DNA of 64,000 nt, from positions 50,755-114,754 of the forward strand of contig CAYJSE010000001.1 of assembly GCA_964372765.1 (NCBI GenBank), read 5' to 3'. The notes under the pieces are model-generated. The model was not told the origin of the DNA and did no database searches. It saw only the letters and a list, made by a program, of their open reading frames with translations. Both the position numbers and the translations under genes were made by a program. Origin of the DNA: an uncultured Planctomycetia bacterium (lineage in GTDB: Bacteria > Omnitrophota > Gorgyraeia > 2-02-FULL-51-18 > CAYJSE01). Shown here in pieces: positions 37,492 to 48,309 of the stretch (position 1 is the first letter of the stretch; the number at the start of each line of letters is the position of its first letter).

Positions 37492-40400
37492 ATGTTTTTT
37501 AAATTTATTTCCACACTGCTCGTGATCACGACCACACTGACGTGGTCGGTGCCGATTTATGCTGAGGGTGAGCTCCCTAGCGGCTACGTGCCTGTGGTGG
37601 GCAGTTCCGAGTATTCCGTGAGTCCGGACGGGCTGGTGGGTAATCTGACGGCGCATGACAATGTCACGATCGGCAACTGGGAGATCTTCAATATCGGCGC
37701 TCCCAACACATTCAACGCGCTCTTGCCGGGCGCGGACAGCGCGCATCTGTCGCGTGTGGTGGGCACGGACCCTTCCTCTATATTTGGGGCCCTGAACGTT
37801 CCCCAAGGCAAATTTTTTCTCGTGAACCCCAACGGAATCTTTTTTTCATCCACGTCCCAGGTCAATGCGGCGGGACTTGTGGCCTCGACGCTGAATGTCA
37901 CCAACGAAGACTTTTTAAATAAAAATTTTAAATTTTCCGAAGCGTCGTCGGGCGCGGCGGCAGTCATTAACGCAGGGCTGATGAATATCGGATTGGGTGG
38001 CGTGGCGCTGTTGGGCGGCGCGGTGCAGAATCTGGGTTTGATCCAGGCCCGCGAGAGCAGTGTCGCGATGGCCAGCGGCAAAGAGATGACCTTGAGTTTT
38101 GACAATTCTGGGCTCATCCATGTGGCGGTGGACAAGGCGGTGGCCGAGAACGTCGTGGGAGTGGATGGGGCGGCTATTGTGGATGGCGTGTCGAATGCCG
38201 GCATTATCCGGGCGGACGGTGGTAAAGTTTTGATGACCACCGAGGCTGTGAAGGGTGTATTTGATCATCTGGTGAACCAGGAGGGTGTGATCGAGGCCAA
38301 CTCGACAGTGGTGCGCAACGGTGTCGTAGAGCTTTCGTCCAATTTTAGCGAAGGTGTGGTGGCGAGCTCAGGAACGATCAGCGCGCAAGGACTTGAGGCG
38401 GGCTTGACGGGCGGCACCATCAAGATTTCAGGTGAAAAGGTTGGGATTTTTGACGGAGAGATTAATGCCTCGGGTGACGCGGGCGGCGGGACGGTTTTGA
38501 TCGGTGGAGATTATCAGGGAAAAGGCGCTTTGCGGAACGCCGATTACACGTATGTCGGTCCCGACGCGGTAGTGAAGGCGGATGCGTTGACGGCGGGAGA
38601 CGGCGGTAAAGCGATTTTTTGGTCGGATAAAATCACGCGTTTTAACGGCACGGTTTCCGCGAAGGGTGGTGAGGTGAGTGGCGACGGCGGTTTTGTGGAG
38701 ATCTCAAGCCATGATAACTTGGTCTACCGCGGTCTGGCGTATTTGGGAGCCACGGATGGCAAGGCGGGTACCATCCTTTTCGACCCTAGAGATATTACTA
38801 TTAGCAATGGACCAGATGCCAATACCACCGGATTTACGGCAGGCACGGATAATACAGAAGCATTTGCTGACGATACCCCGTCCAGCAATACCGACAGCAC
38901 CTTTGACGTGGACAATCCGGGAGGCAGTTTTATCGGTGTGGGCAACGGCGCAACCATTGAGCTTCAGGCGAACAGGAATCTTTCTGTGACAAGCGCTTTT
39001 AATGTCGGCACGGCAACAGGTAATTCCAATGTGAATTTGATACTGCGCGCTAACAATGATATGAACATAAATGCTCCGATCACTTTGACCGGCACAGGCT
39101 CTCTTACTTTAAGCGCGGACAATAATTTAAATAACAATGGTGTCTTCACAAGCGCGGCGGCGGGGGATATCACGACCTCAACCGGCAGTGTGACAATTAG
39201 CGGCGCGGACGGCATGTCCTTGGCGGGCACCATCACCACCGCGGGCGGGAATGTTTCAATTACCAACCGTGATACCGGCGGAGGCGGGGGAGAAGATGTC
39301 ACGATTTCCGCCGCGATCAGCACAAGCGGTGGAAAGGTTACGATTAGCGCTAACGATGACGTTATTCTAAGCGGAGCCGCGGCTGATGTGACGACCGGTG
39401 GCGGTACCTATACAGTCAACGCAAATTCGGATGGTGATGCTAATGGGACTTACACCCAAAACAATGCAGGCTCGGCTGTTTCCACGACCACCGGCGCGGT
39501 TTCTATCACAGCGACTGGTCTTAGTCTCACCGGAACCATCGCCGCAGGCAGCGGCAATGTAACGCTTAAGACGGCAGCCACTGCCAACTCGATCGGTGTG
39601 GGGACAACCGCCGGCACCACGATGGATATTTCGGACGCGGAGCTTGACAATATTACAACCACCGGCACGATCGAAATCGGCGACACCGCCAACACCGGCG
39701 GCATCGTTGTCGGTGGTGCGCAGGCTTTGACTCAAGGCGCCAAAAATTTTGAGCTTATTACGGCGGGTACTTTAACTACGCAGACCAACACTTTTACAAC
39801 CACCGGCGACGTTGCGTTCACGGCCGATAACATGACTTTGGGGATCGGATTAAACGCCAATAATGTCACCTTGCAACCAGCGGCGGTTGCCAGAACTATT
39901 GCGGTGAATGATGCGACGGGATCTCTGTCTTTGACGGACGCGGAGCTTGATTTCATCACCGCGACGGGGACATTGACTGTTGGCAGCGCCGCCGCGGGGG
40001 CTATTTCTATCGGTTCGGCGGGAACTTTGACGCAGAGCAATAGTATTGAGTTCACCTCAGGCGGCAACGTGACCCTCAATGGCGGCATCACCACAACCAA
40101 TGGCGGCACTGTCACCGTCACCAACGCCGGGACGTTGAATGTCAACGCTGGTGCCGACATGAACCTGGACGGCGCCTTTTTGCAGGACGGCGCGGGGGCC
40201 TTTAATCTTTCAGCGGACATCACGACCACGAATGACAATATTCAGTTTAACGCGGTGACGCTGGGCGACGACGTGACTCTGGGCGCCGGAACCGCTTCGA
40301 TTTTGGCGATGCAGTCGGTCACGGCTGGCGCGAACAATCTGACGCTCACGGCCGATGAGATCGACCTTTTAGGGGGCGACGGCACGGTGAGCGGCAGCGG

Positions 40401-43400
40401 AGATTTGGTGCTGCAGCCGTTCACGCCCGGTTTATTGATCGATATCGGCGGCGCCGGTAACACGGCGGCGCTGGATTTGACTGCTTCCGACGGCGGCGCG
40501 CTCGTGGATGGTTTCAATAGCATCACCGTGGGCCGTGCCGACGGCACCGGCGGGATTAATTTCAGCAGCGCCATCAGTTTTTCGGATCCGATGCGTTTTC
40601 TATCGCCCTTGGGCGGTGAGATCAATGTATTTTTTGCTTTGCGCGGCGAAGATAACGCGACGCTTTTCTTTGACGGCTCAGGCGCCACGACGAATCTTTA
40701 CGACAACATTGTGACGACGGGTTTATTGATCGAAATCAGCGACAGCGTGCGGCTTTTTGCGGACGTGCTTTTGGACACGACGGACGGCGGCGGGTTTGCC
40801 GGCGATGATATCCATATCTTGGGGACCATCGATGCCGACGCGGCGGCCAACAATCGGTCGCTGACGCTCACGGCCGGTACGTCCGGCAGCGTTCTCCTGG
40901 ACGATGCCGTCGGAAGCCAAGAAGCGCTTCAAAATTTTGAGGTCACCAGCGCCGACGACGTCGATTTGAACGGCACCGTCGACACGCAGGCCGCGATTTC
41001 CATTCATGATGCGAACGCCGTGAATATAAAGGCCAACGCTGATTTAACCGCCGGCACCTCGCTTACAATCAACAACGTAACGACCGTAGACCTAGCCGAC
41101 AACGTGGACTTAACCGCCCAAAACGGTCTCTTAGACGTCGCCACCGGTGTTGGCACGATCAATTTAAGCGGCGACGCCACCACAAACATCATTGACGGCA
41201 ATGGGGATGCCCTCGTGGATTTAGCGGCCGTCACCGCCACAAACGACGTGAACCTCACGGTCAACTCCGAAGGTGATCTCAATAGCGTCTCTGTAGACAT
41301 CAATAATGGCAATTTGGATGTCAATGTTGACAATGATGATGACGGAGCCCAGGCCGGTACTTTCGGGAGCATCACGGCCGGTGATTTAAGTGTCCGCGGT
41401 TACAATGCCGCCAGCGGCGATGAGACGTTTACCTTCAACGGTGCCATTAATGTGTCGGGCGGTCTGACGCTGGGCGGTGTCGGTATTCTAACCCTAAATA
41501 ATGACGTGATGGCCGGTACTTTCTTAAGAATTGAGGACGTGGCGGTTCGGGTAGAGCTAGGCTCCGATGTTGATCTGACGGCGCTCAATGGTGACCTGTC
41601 CGTTTTTGACAACGTGACCTTGATTCAGCTAAACGGCGCCGATGGCACGACGGATATTTTAAATAGCCTGGGTGATTTTGCGTTGACTTTGGGCCCTGTC
41701 AGCTCGCTCAACAACGCGAATCTCACGATCTGTTCGGACGGCGACGTGGTTTTGGACGACCTGGATACGAACGACGGTTCTTTGCTTATCAAGGTGGACC
41801 AGGATGATGACAGCGTCGGAGCCAATTTCGGCAGCTTCGCGCTTTTGTCTTCGGGCGATCTGACCGTGAACGGCACCAGCGGCGACGACACATTTACATT
41901 TAACGACGCCGTGACAACGACGGTGGACGGGATATCACTGGACGGCAACGGAGACGTGAGTTTTGAGAGCACCGTGGATTCGGCCGGCGATTTGACCCAA
42001 ACCAACGGTGGCGGGACCACCCTGTTTAAGGATGCCGTGACGACGGATGGCGATGTCGATATCACGACGGACGCGATCACGTTCAGCGGCGCCGGGCACA
42101 TGATCATCGGCGCCGGCGGCGGTCTCGCGAAGTTAAAAGCAAATACAGGTTCTATTACGAGCGGCGGTGCTGTGGCGGACGTGACGGCGCATAGTCTGGT
42201 GGCCGACGCGGCGCAGGGCGGTGTCGGCGGACCCGCCACGGCCGACTGGCTGCAGAGCCGGGTGGACCTATTGGAAGCTGTCGGCGGTTTGGGCGGTGTT
42301 CATTTATTGAATGACGGCGCCTTGAAGATCGGCGGGATTAGCGCGCTCACGGGTGTTTTTGCTGGCGGCGGCGGAGTCGGTATCCACGCCAAGAGTCCGA
42401 TCACCGTCGATGAAGAGGTTACCGACGATGCGGGCGGCGACGTAGAGCTCGCAGCGCTGGGTGCCACGGCGGCGGATGATCTGACGCTGAACGCCAATGT
42501 GACGGCCAGCGGCGGCGATGGCAATATCGAGCTGGTGGCCGGCGATACCGTATCGATCGCGGGTGGGGTGACCGTGCAGGCTGCGAATGGCGGCAACGTC
42601 ACGATCGTTTCCGGCGAAGATTTGACGGATGACTTGTTCAATCAGGACGGCAACGCGGATGGGGATGTTCAGATGATTTTAGGTTCAACTGTCGCATCGG
42701 ATGACGGGGATGTCTCATTGGATGCCGCGAGGAACATCGATGTGAGCACCGTCACGGCAAACGCGGATTTGGACGGGGACGCGGGCGATGTCACGATGAT
42801 CGCGCGCCAGGGGGCGATCAACGGTTCCAGCGACGATGCCGACGCGGATATTATAGGAAATAACATCGGTTTAACAGCTTCAGCGGGGGGCATCGGAACT
42901 AGCACGGTACTCGATGTCTCCGCGGCCACGGCCTTGAACGCCGACACCACCAATGACAACTCCAATATCTTTATTGATTCGATTGGCAATCTACCCCTTG
43001 GTTTGGCGGACGCGGGTTCGGGTGATATTGATCTGGATTCGACCGGAAATATAACAGACGCCAACGGGGGTGCTCTGAATACCAATTCGGACGATCTTGA
43101 TTTGACAGCCGCGACGGGCATTGGAGTGGGTGACGCTCTGGAAGTGATTGCCACGACACTGACGGCCAACACAATACTCGGCGACATTATCATTGATCTT
43201 GACCCAGCCTCAGCGGGGCCGACAACGATCTTGAATGCCCGTGTCACAGGCGGAATAGGTAATATTGACATCAGCCAGCTGGCGTCGTTTACGCTATTTG
43301 TCAATGGCGTCTCGACAGTTGCCGGAAGCGTGCATGTGGATTCCATCGTCGATCTATTCATCAATGGACCGCTGGTGTTTTCAGGCGGGAATCTAGGCCT

Positions 43401-44487
43401 CACACTTTGCGCGGATTCCGACAATAACGGTACAGGAGATCTCACGATTGGCGCCGCAGCCACGGTGAACGGCGATATTGGACCTGTGACACTTTGCGGC
43501 GTGAATATCAATATTATCGGATCGATAATTTCCGGCGGGGATGTCACGATCAACGTGCTTGGGGATCTTTTCCTCGGAGTTATCAGCGCGCACTCGTTCA
43601 ATATTTTTGCCGGCGGTAACATTATCGATACCAATGGTGATACGGGTAATCTTTTTGGTGAAGTTACTTCTTCGCTGGGTGCGGGAGGATTTATCGGCAG
43701 GTTTTTTGACACGATTGATATTCTTCTCCAAAGCGGTGATCTTTTGCTTTTTGCCGGCGGCCAGAGTGACGGAGTGTCCGCCAATCTCCATGCGGGTATT
43801 CCCGGACAATTGATCATCACCAACACTCCGCCCGGTCTTGTGATTTTGAATAATATCGCGGTCGGAGGGGCGACGCTTCCGCTACTCAGCATTGGCCTAG
43901 CGACGGTTTTTAATACGATCGCGTTCCAACCGGATTTATCCGCTTTCCAGAGGCCCTTAGGGTTGCTTGCAGGGGTTATTGACTCATCGCGTGTGTCTCA
44001 GCCGCTGGTGATCGTCGATCCAGAGCAGGAACAGCGCTTGAGCCGTCGCCGTGTACCGACCGTGGTCCCTGTGGTCGAAGTGGTCCCACCCGTGGTTCCG
44101 GTGCCGACACCCGAGCTTCCACCTGCAGTCGAGCTACCCGTATTGGCTCCGGAGCTGGCGCCACGGCCAACGCCTCAGCCCACACCGACTGGATTGCAGC
44201 TACCCTTCGAGCTTCAGCCACAGCAGCAACAGCCGGTTTTGACGCCGCCGCTGTCGGGCCCACGGCTTTTCCAGCAGTCTGTCGAAGAGCAGGCTATTGA
44301 GGAAAAACCCAAAACCCAGGATTCAGAACAAGGCCGGACGGACAAGATGCGGGAATGGTGGCAGGCAAGATTTAGCGCCGGCAAGCCGGCCGGACAGCCT
44401 CTGGTTACGCCGCCTCCTTTTGGCGGAGGAAAGCTCTTCCAGCATGAGGTGGAAGAAACCCCACGCGCTGAAGACGATACTCAGTAA
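37492..44487 (+). CDS. Filamentous-haemagglutinin-like TpsA exoprotein (2,332 aa): TPS domain, beta-helical repeats, Pro-rich C-terminus
   Basis: Signal peptide MFFKFISTLLVITTTLTWSVPIYAEG. The TPS domain carries the LVNPNGIFF (NPNGI) motif at nt 37822-37839. Over 1,800 aa are Gly/Thr/Asn/Asp-rich beta-helix repeats. The C-terminus is Pro/Val-rich and ends with two LFQ(Q/H)xVEE motifs. Confidence 0.85.
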   Translation: MFFKFISTLLVITTTLTWSVPIYAEGELPSGYVPVVGSSEYSVSPDGLVGNLTAHDNVTIGNWEIFNIGAPNTFNALLPGADSAHLSRVVGTDPSSIFGALNVPQGKFFLVNPNGIFFSSTSQVNAAGLVASTLNVTNEDFLNKNFKFSEASSGAAAVINAGLMNIGLGGVALLGGAVQNLGLIQARESSVAMASGKEMTLSFDNSGLIHVAVDKAVAENVVGVDGAAIVDGVSNAGIIRADGGKVLMTTEAVKGVFDHLVNQEGVIEANSTVVRNGVVELSSNFSEGVVASSGTISAQGLEAGLTGGTIKISGEKVGIFDGEINASGDAGGGTVLIGGDYQGKGALRNADYTYVGPDAVVKADALTAGDGGKAIFWSDKITRFNGTVSAKGGEVSGDGGFVEISSHDNLVYRGLAYLGATDGKAGTILFDPRDITISNGPDANTTGFTAGTDNTEAFADDTPSSNTDSTFDVDNPGGSFIGVGNGATIELQANRNLSVTSAFNVGTATGNSNVNLILRANNDMNINAPITLTGTGSLTLSADNNLNNNGVFTSAAAGDITTSTGSVTISGADGMSLAGTITTAGGNVSITNRDTGGGGGEDVTISAAISTSGGKVTISANDDVILSGAAADVTTGGGTYTVNANSDGDANGTYTQNNAGSAVSTTTGAVSITATGLSLTGTIAAGSGNVTLKTAATANSIGVGTTAGTTMDISDAELDNITTTGTIEIGDTANTGGIVVGGAQALTQGAKNFELITAGTLTTQTNTFTTTGDVAFTADNMTLGIGLNANNVTLQPAAVARTIAVNDATGSLSLTDAELDFITATGTLTVGSAAAGAISIGSAGTLTQSNSIEFTSGGNVTLNGGITTTNGGTVTVTNAGTLNVNAGADMNLDGAFLQDGAGAFNLSADITTTNDNIQFNAVTLGDDVTLGAGTASILAMQSVTAGANNLTLTADEIDLLGGDGTVSGSGDLVLQPFTPGLLIDIGGAGNTAALDLTASDGGALVDGFNSITVGRADGTGGINFSSAISFSDPMRFLSPLGGEINVFFALRGEDNATLFFDGSGATTNLYDNIVTTGLLIEISDSVRLFADVLLDTTDGGGFAGDDIHILGTIDADAAANNRSLTLTAGTSGSVLLDDAVGSQEALQNFEVTSADDVDLNGTVDTQAAISIHDANAVNIKANADLTAGTSLTINNVTTVDLADNVDLTAQNGLLDVATGVGTINLSGDATTNIIDGNGDALVDLAAVTATNDVNLTVNSEGDLNSVSVDINNGNLDVNVDNDDDGAQAGTFGSITAGDLSVRGYNAASGDETFTFNGAINVSGGLTLGGVGILTLNNDVMAGTFLRIEDVAVRVELGSDVDLTALNGDLSVFDNVTLIQLNGADGTTDILNSLGDFALTLGPVSSLNNANLTICSDGDVVLDDLDTNDGSLLIKVDQDDDSVGANFGSFALLSSGDLTVNGTSGDDTFTFNDAVTTTVDGISLDGNGDVSFESTVDSAGDLTQTNGGGTTLFKDAVTTDGDVDITTDAITFSGAGHMIIGAGGGLAKLKANTGSITSGGAVADVTAHSLVADAAQGGVGGPATADWLQSRVDLLEAVGGLGGVHLLNDGALKIGGISALTGVFAGGGGVGIHAKSPITVDEEVTDDAGGDVELAALGATAADDLTLNANVTASGGDGNIELVAGDTVSIAGGVTVQAANGGNVTIVSGEDLTDDLFNQDGNADGDVQMILGSTVASDDGDVSLDAARNIDVSTVTANADLDGDAGDVTMIARQGAINGSSDDADADIIGNNIGLTASAGGIGTSTVLDVSAATALNADTTNDNSNIFIDSIGNLPLGLADAGSGDIDLDSTGNITDANGGALNTNSDDLDLTAATGIGVGDALEVIATTLTANTILGDIIIDLDPASAGPTTILNARVTGGIGNIDISQLASFTLFVNGVSTVAGSVHVDSIVDLFINGPLVFSGGNLGLTLCADSDNNGTGDLTIGAAATVNGDIGPVTLCGVNINIIGSIISGGDVTINVLGDLFLGVISAHSFNIFAGGNIIDTNGDTGNLFGEVTSSLGAGGFIGRFFDTIDILLQSGDLLLFAGGQSDGVSANLHAGIPGQLIITNTPPGLVILNNIAVGGATLPLLSIGLATVFNTIAFQPDLSAFQRPLGLLAGVIDSSRVSQPLVIVDPEQEQRLSRRRVPTVVPVVEVVPPVVPVPTPELPPAVELPVLAPELAPRPTPQPTPTGLQLPFELQPQQQQPVLTPPLSGPRLFQQSVEEQAIEEKPKTQDSEQGRTDKMREWWQARFSAGKPAGQPLVTPPPFGGGKLFQHEVEETPRAEDDTQ

Positions 44488-44517
44488 AGATTATTCGCTG
44501 TAACTGGCTTAAAGAGC

Positions 44518-44561
44518 TGCCGGTTTCCCAAAAAGTAATCCGGGAAATCGGCAGTTTTTTT
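44518..44561 (+). terminator. Intrinsic terminator downstream of tpsA
   Basis: A 13-bp stem (CTGCCGGTTTCCC / GGGAAATCGGCAG, one mismatch) followed by TTTTTTT. Confidence 0.7.
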
Positions 44562-44599
44562 GTTTGGGAAATGCTGCCGGCTATTCAGATAAAATTCGT

Positions 44600-44629
44600 A
44601 ACAGGTTTTTAAATGACTAATGATAGAAT
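44600..44629 (+). promoter_or_regulatory. Putative prfB promoter with an extended -10
   Basis: TGATAGAAT (TGnTAGAAT) at 44621-44629. A GGAG RBS at 44644 and a GTG start at 44653 follow. Confidence 0.45.
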
Positions 44630-44652
44630 GGTTGGAATTATTTGGAGAAGCG

Positions 44653-45751
44653 GTGAAAAAAGAACTTAAGGAAAAATTGAAGGCGGCGACTGAGAAGCTC
44701 GAGGGCTTAGGGAGGTATCTTTGACGCGCCGAGACTCGAGAGGCGTATCGGGGAGCTGGAGGCGGAGATCGCGGATCCCGGCTTTTGGAATGGCGGGAAA
44801 GAGAAAGATCCGGTTATCAAGGAGCTGAAGAGTCTTAAGAGCCAGTTTACTCCATACCACGAGTTGAAAAAGATTTTGGGAGAGCTGGAGGGCCTGATCG
44901 GGATCGTGGAGGAAGCCGACACACGTTCGCTGGAACATCTCGATAAAGAGATTCGGGGGCTTGGCGAAAAGATAGAACTTTTGGAGTTTCAGCGGCTTCT
45001 CGGTGATCCCGTGGACCGGAACAGCGCCATTTTAAGCATCAATGCCGGCGCCGGCGGCACCGAGTCCTGCGACTGGAGTGCCATGCTGCTACGCATGTAC
45101 ACGCGCTGGTCCGAGGATCAGGGTTATAGAACGAGCATCATTGACATTCTGCCGGGCGAAGAGGCGGGGATAAAAAACATCACGATTTTGATAGAGGGAA
45201 ATTTTGCGTACGGTTATCTTAAGTCTGAAAATGGCGTGCACCGCCTCGTGCGTATCTCGCCTTTTGACGCCAATAAACGCCGGCATACGAGTTTCGCGTC
45301 CGTCGAAGTGATCCCCGAAGTGGAAGACGAGATTAAAATTGATGTGGATGAGAAGGATATCCGTGTGGATGTATTTCGTTCCAGCGGCAAAGGCGGTCAG
45401 GGGGTCAACACCACGGATTCCGCGGTGCGCATCACGCACCTGCCCAGCGGGCTCGTCGTGCAGTGCCAGCAGGAGCGCTCACAGCTAAAGAATCGCGGCA
45501 TGGCGATGAAAGTTTTAAAAAGCCGCCTCTATGAGCGTGCGATGAAAAAACGCGAAGCCGAAGCCCAGGCGGGTTACGCCCAAAAGGAGGAAATCGCCTG
45601 GGGTAGCCAGATTCGATCCTACGTGCTGCACCCTTACAATAAGGTGAAGGACCATCGCACGGAACACGAAACGTCGAACGCGACGGCGGTGCTGAATGGG
45701 GAGATTACGGAATTTCTGGAAGCGTATTTAAAGATGCGGGCGGCACAATGA
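44653..45751 (+). CDS. prfB: Peptide chain release factor 2, with a programmed +1 ribosomal frameshift at codon 24 (join 44653..44721, 44723..45751)
   Basis: The frame-0 [26 protein letters not shown] terminates at CTT TGA C (44719-44725), preceded by the SD-like GGGAGG. This is the canonical RF2 autoregulatory frameshift site. The +1 frame continues [13 protein letters not shown]...GGQ...SPFD. An alternative upstream in-frame ATG at 44620 lacks an RBS. Confidence 0.9.
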
Positions 45752-48309
45752 TCGGTTGGATTTTAAAGAAAGTATTCGGCACGCAGAATAACCGCACGCT
45801 GAAGCGTCTTGAGCCTGCGGTGCAAAAGATCAATGCGCTGGAGCCCGCGGTCTCCAAGCTCTCAGATGCCGAACTGCGGGCGAAAACCGATTTTTTCCGC
45901 GAACGGCTTAAAACGGGGCAAACCCTGAACGATATTTTGCCGGAGACGTTTGCGGTGGCGCGTGAAACGGCGAAACGTGTGCTCAATATGCGCCACTTTG
46001 ACGCGCAGTTGGTCGGCGGCATGGTGCTTCACGAGGGCAGAATCGCGGAGATGGCCACCGGCGAAGGGAAAACACTCGTGGCGACGCTGTCCGTGTATCT
46101 CAACGCTCTCACCGGCAAGGGTGTGCACGTGATCACGGTGAACGATTACCTCGCCAAGCGCGACCGCGAGTGGATGGGACCGGTGTATGAATTTTTGGGG
46201 CTGACGGTGGGAGTCATCCAACACGAAATGCGTCCGTCGGATCGCCAAAAATCTTACGCCTGCGATGTGGTTTACGGCACGAATAACGAGTTTGGTTTTG
46301 ATTACTTAAGAGACAATATGGTGATGCGCATCGGGCATCGCGTGCAGCGCGCGCTTCACTACGCGATCGTGGACGAAGTGGACAGCATCCTGGTCGATGA
46401 AGCGCGCACACCGCTCATCATTTCAGGCCCGAGCGAAGAATCCACCGACAAATACTACGAGATCAATACCCTTATTCCGCGCTTGGCAAAAGAGGGCGAC
46501 TACACGATCGAGGAAAAAACGCGCACCGTGGCGCTGACCGAGGCCGGCATCAAAAAGATGGAGACTCTCTTGGGCGTGGAAAATCTCTACGACCCGGCGC
46601 ACTATGAGCTGGTGCACCACGTGAATCAGGCGCTGCGCGCGCATACGCTTTTCAAAAAAGACGTGGACTATGTGGTCAAGGACGACGAGGTCTTGATCGT
46701 GGATGAGTTTACGGGGCGTCTCATGCCCGGCCGACGTTACTCGGATGGTCTGCACCAGGCGCTGGAGGCTAAAGAAGCCGTGAAAGTCGAGGAGGAAAAC
46801 CAGACGCTTGCCACGATCACGTTCCAGAACTATTTCCGTATGTACTCCAAGCTGGCCGGCATGACGGGCACAGCCTACACGGAAGCGCAGGAATTTTTCG
46901 AGATCTACAAACTGGGCGTTGTCGTGGTTCCGACGAACCGTCCCATGATTCGGCAGAATTTTTCGGACCGCATTTATCGCACCGAACGCGAGAAGTTTAA
47001 CGCGGTGGTGGACGAGATAATTGACCTGTATAAACAAGGTCGTCCGATTCTCGTGGGCACGGTGTCGATTGAAAAGTCGGAACTTTTGTCCCACATGCTG
47101 CGCAAACGGCAGATCGTGCACAATGTGTTGAACGCCAAGTACCACGAACAGGAGGCCGAGATTATCAAGCAGGCCGGTCAGCGGCAGGCGGTGACTATCG
47201 CGACCAACATGGCGGGTCGCGGAACCGATATCGTGCTGGGTGCCGGCGTGAAGGAGGTCGGGGGCTTGCATGTTTTAGGCACGGAAAGACACGAAGCGCG
47301 CCGCATCGACAATCAGCTGCGCGGCCGCTCCGGCCGTCAGGGAGACCCCGGTTCTTCGCGATTTTACCTGTCGCTCGAAGATGATCTCATGCGTATTTTC
47401 GGATCCGAACGCATTTCGGGATTGATGCAACGACTCGGCATGGAAGAGGGTCAGGAAATCGAGCACCCATTTGTGACGCGCGCGATCGAGACGGCGCAGA
47501 AACGCGTCGAAGGCCGCAATTTTGAAATCCGCAAACAGCTTCTCGAGTACGACAATGTGATGAATAAACAGCGCGAGGTGATCTACGCCGAGCGCCGCCG
47601 CGTGCTGGAAGGGGAAAATTTAAAAGAACACTATTTGGGAATGATGGAGGAAGTGGCGGATGAATTCGCGGCCGGTTTCGGTCCGAACGATGAAAACGCG
47701 TTTGGCGCTTTCGTGGAAATGGTGCGCAAGATTTTCCCGGTGAACGTGAACGATCTGGAAGGTTTCACGGGGGAGGCGTTGTCGGACCGGCTGATTGAGA
47801 AACTGAAAGCCGCTTATGAAGTGAAGGAAAAGGAAGTCGGCGCGCCCTTTATGCGGCATCTGGAGCGCGTGATTCTGCTCGATGTGGTGGACTCCAAGTG
47901 GAAAGATCATTTGCGCGGCATGGACGATCTGCGCGAAGGCATCGGCTTGCGCGCCTATGGCCACAAAGACCCCTTGGTCGAGTACAAACGCGAGGCGTTC
48001 GGGGCGTTTCAGGAGATGATCTTGTCGATCAAGGAAGACGCGCTCGCGTTTATCTTCCGCGTGCAACCGGCCGCCGAAGCGGAAAAGAAAATGACCGAGG
48101 CGCCGGCACGGAAAGAAGCGCCGCTCAAATTTATCCATCCCGAATCTACGAGCGCCTTGAAATCCATGCCGCAAACGGCTCCGACGGCGCCGAGCAGTGT
48201 CCAAGAAGCCATCAAGGCCGAGCCCGTTCGCGTGGGCGACAAAGTGGGTCGCAACGATCCTTGCCCGTGCGGCAGCGGTAAAAAATACAAGAAATGCCAC
48301 GGCAATTAG
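45748..48309 (+). CDS. secA: Protein translocase ATPase SecA
   Basis: [21 protein letters not shown]..., DEAD-like motor domains, and a C-terminal zinc-binding [14 protein letters not shown] tail. Confidence 0.95.
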   Translation: MIGWILKKVFGTQNNRTLKRLEPAVQKINALEPAVSKLSDAELRAKTDFFRERLKTGQTLNDILPETFAVARETAKRVLNMRHFDAQLVGGMVLHEGRIAEMATGEGKTLVATLSVYLNALTGKGVHVITVNDYLAKRDREWMGPVYEFLGLTVGVIQHEMRPSDRQKSYACDVVYGTNNEFGFDYLRDNMVMRIGHRVQRALHYAIVDEVDSILVDEARTPLIISGPSEESTDKYYEINTLIPRLAKEGDYTIEEKTRTVALTEAGIKKMETLLGVENLYDPAHYELVHHVNQALRAHTLFKKDVDYVVKDDEVLIVDEFTGRLMPGRRYSDGLHQALEAKEAVKVEEENQTLATITFQNYFRMYSKLAGMTGTAYTEAQEFFEIYKLGVVVVPTNRPMIRQNFSDRIYRTEREKFNAVVDEIIDLYKQGRPILVGTVSIEKSELLSHMLRKRQIVHNVLNAKYHEQEAEIIKQAGQRQAVTIATNMAGRGTDIVLGAGVKEVGGLHVLGTERHEARRIDNQLRGRSGRQGDPGSSRFYLSLEDDLMRIFGSERISGLMQRLGMEEGQEIEHPFVTRAIETAQKRVEGRNFEIRKQLLEYDNVMNKQREVIYAERRRVLEGENLKEHYLGMMEEVADEFAAGFGPNDENAFGAFVEMVRKIFPVNVNDLEGFTGEALSDRLIEKLKAAYEVKEKEVGAPFMRHLERVILLDVVDSKWKDHLRGMDDLREGIGLRAYGHKDPLVEYKREAFGAFQEMILSIKEDALAFIFRVQPAAEAEKKMTEAPARKEAPLKFIHPESTSALKSMPQTAPTAPSSVQEAIKAEPVRVGDKVGRNDPCPCGSGKKYKKCHGN

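Noticed and set aside
44488-44652. Possible cdiI-like immunity gene or toxin tip after the TpsA gene
   Set aside because: Only a 165-bp spacer containing a terminator and the prfB promoter follows. There is no ORF, and no VENN or toxin motif at the TpsA C-terminus.
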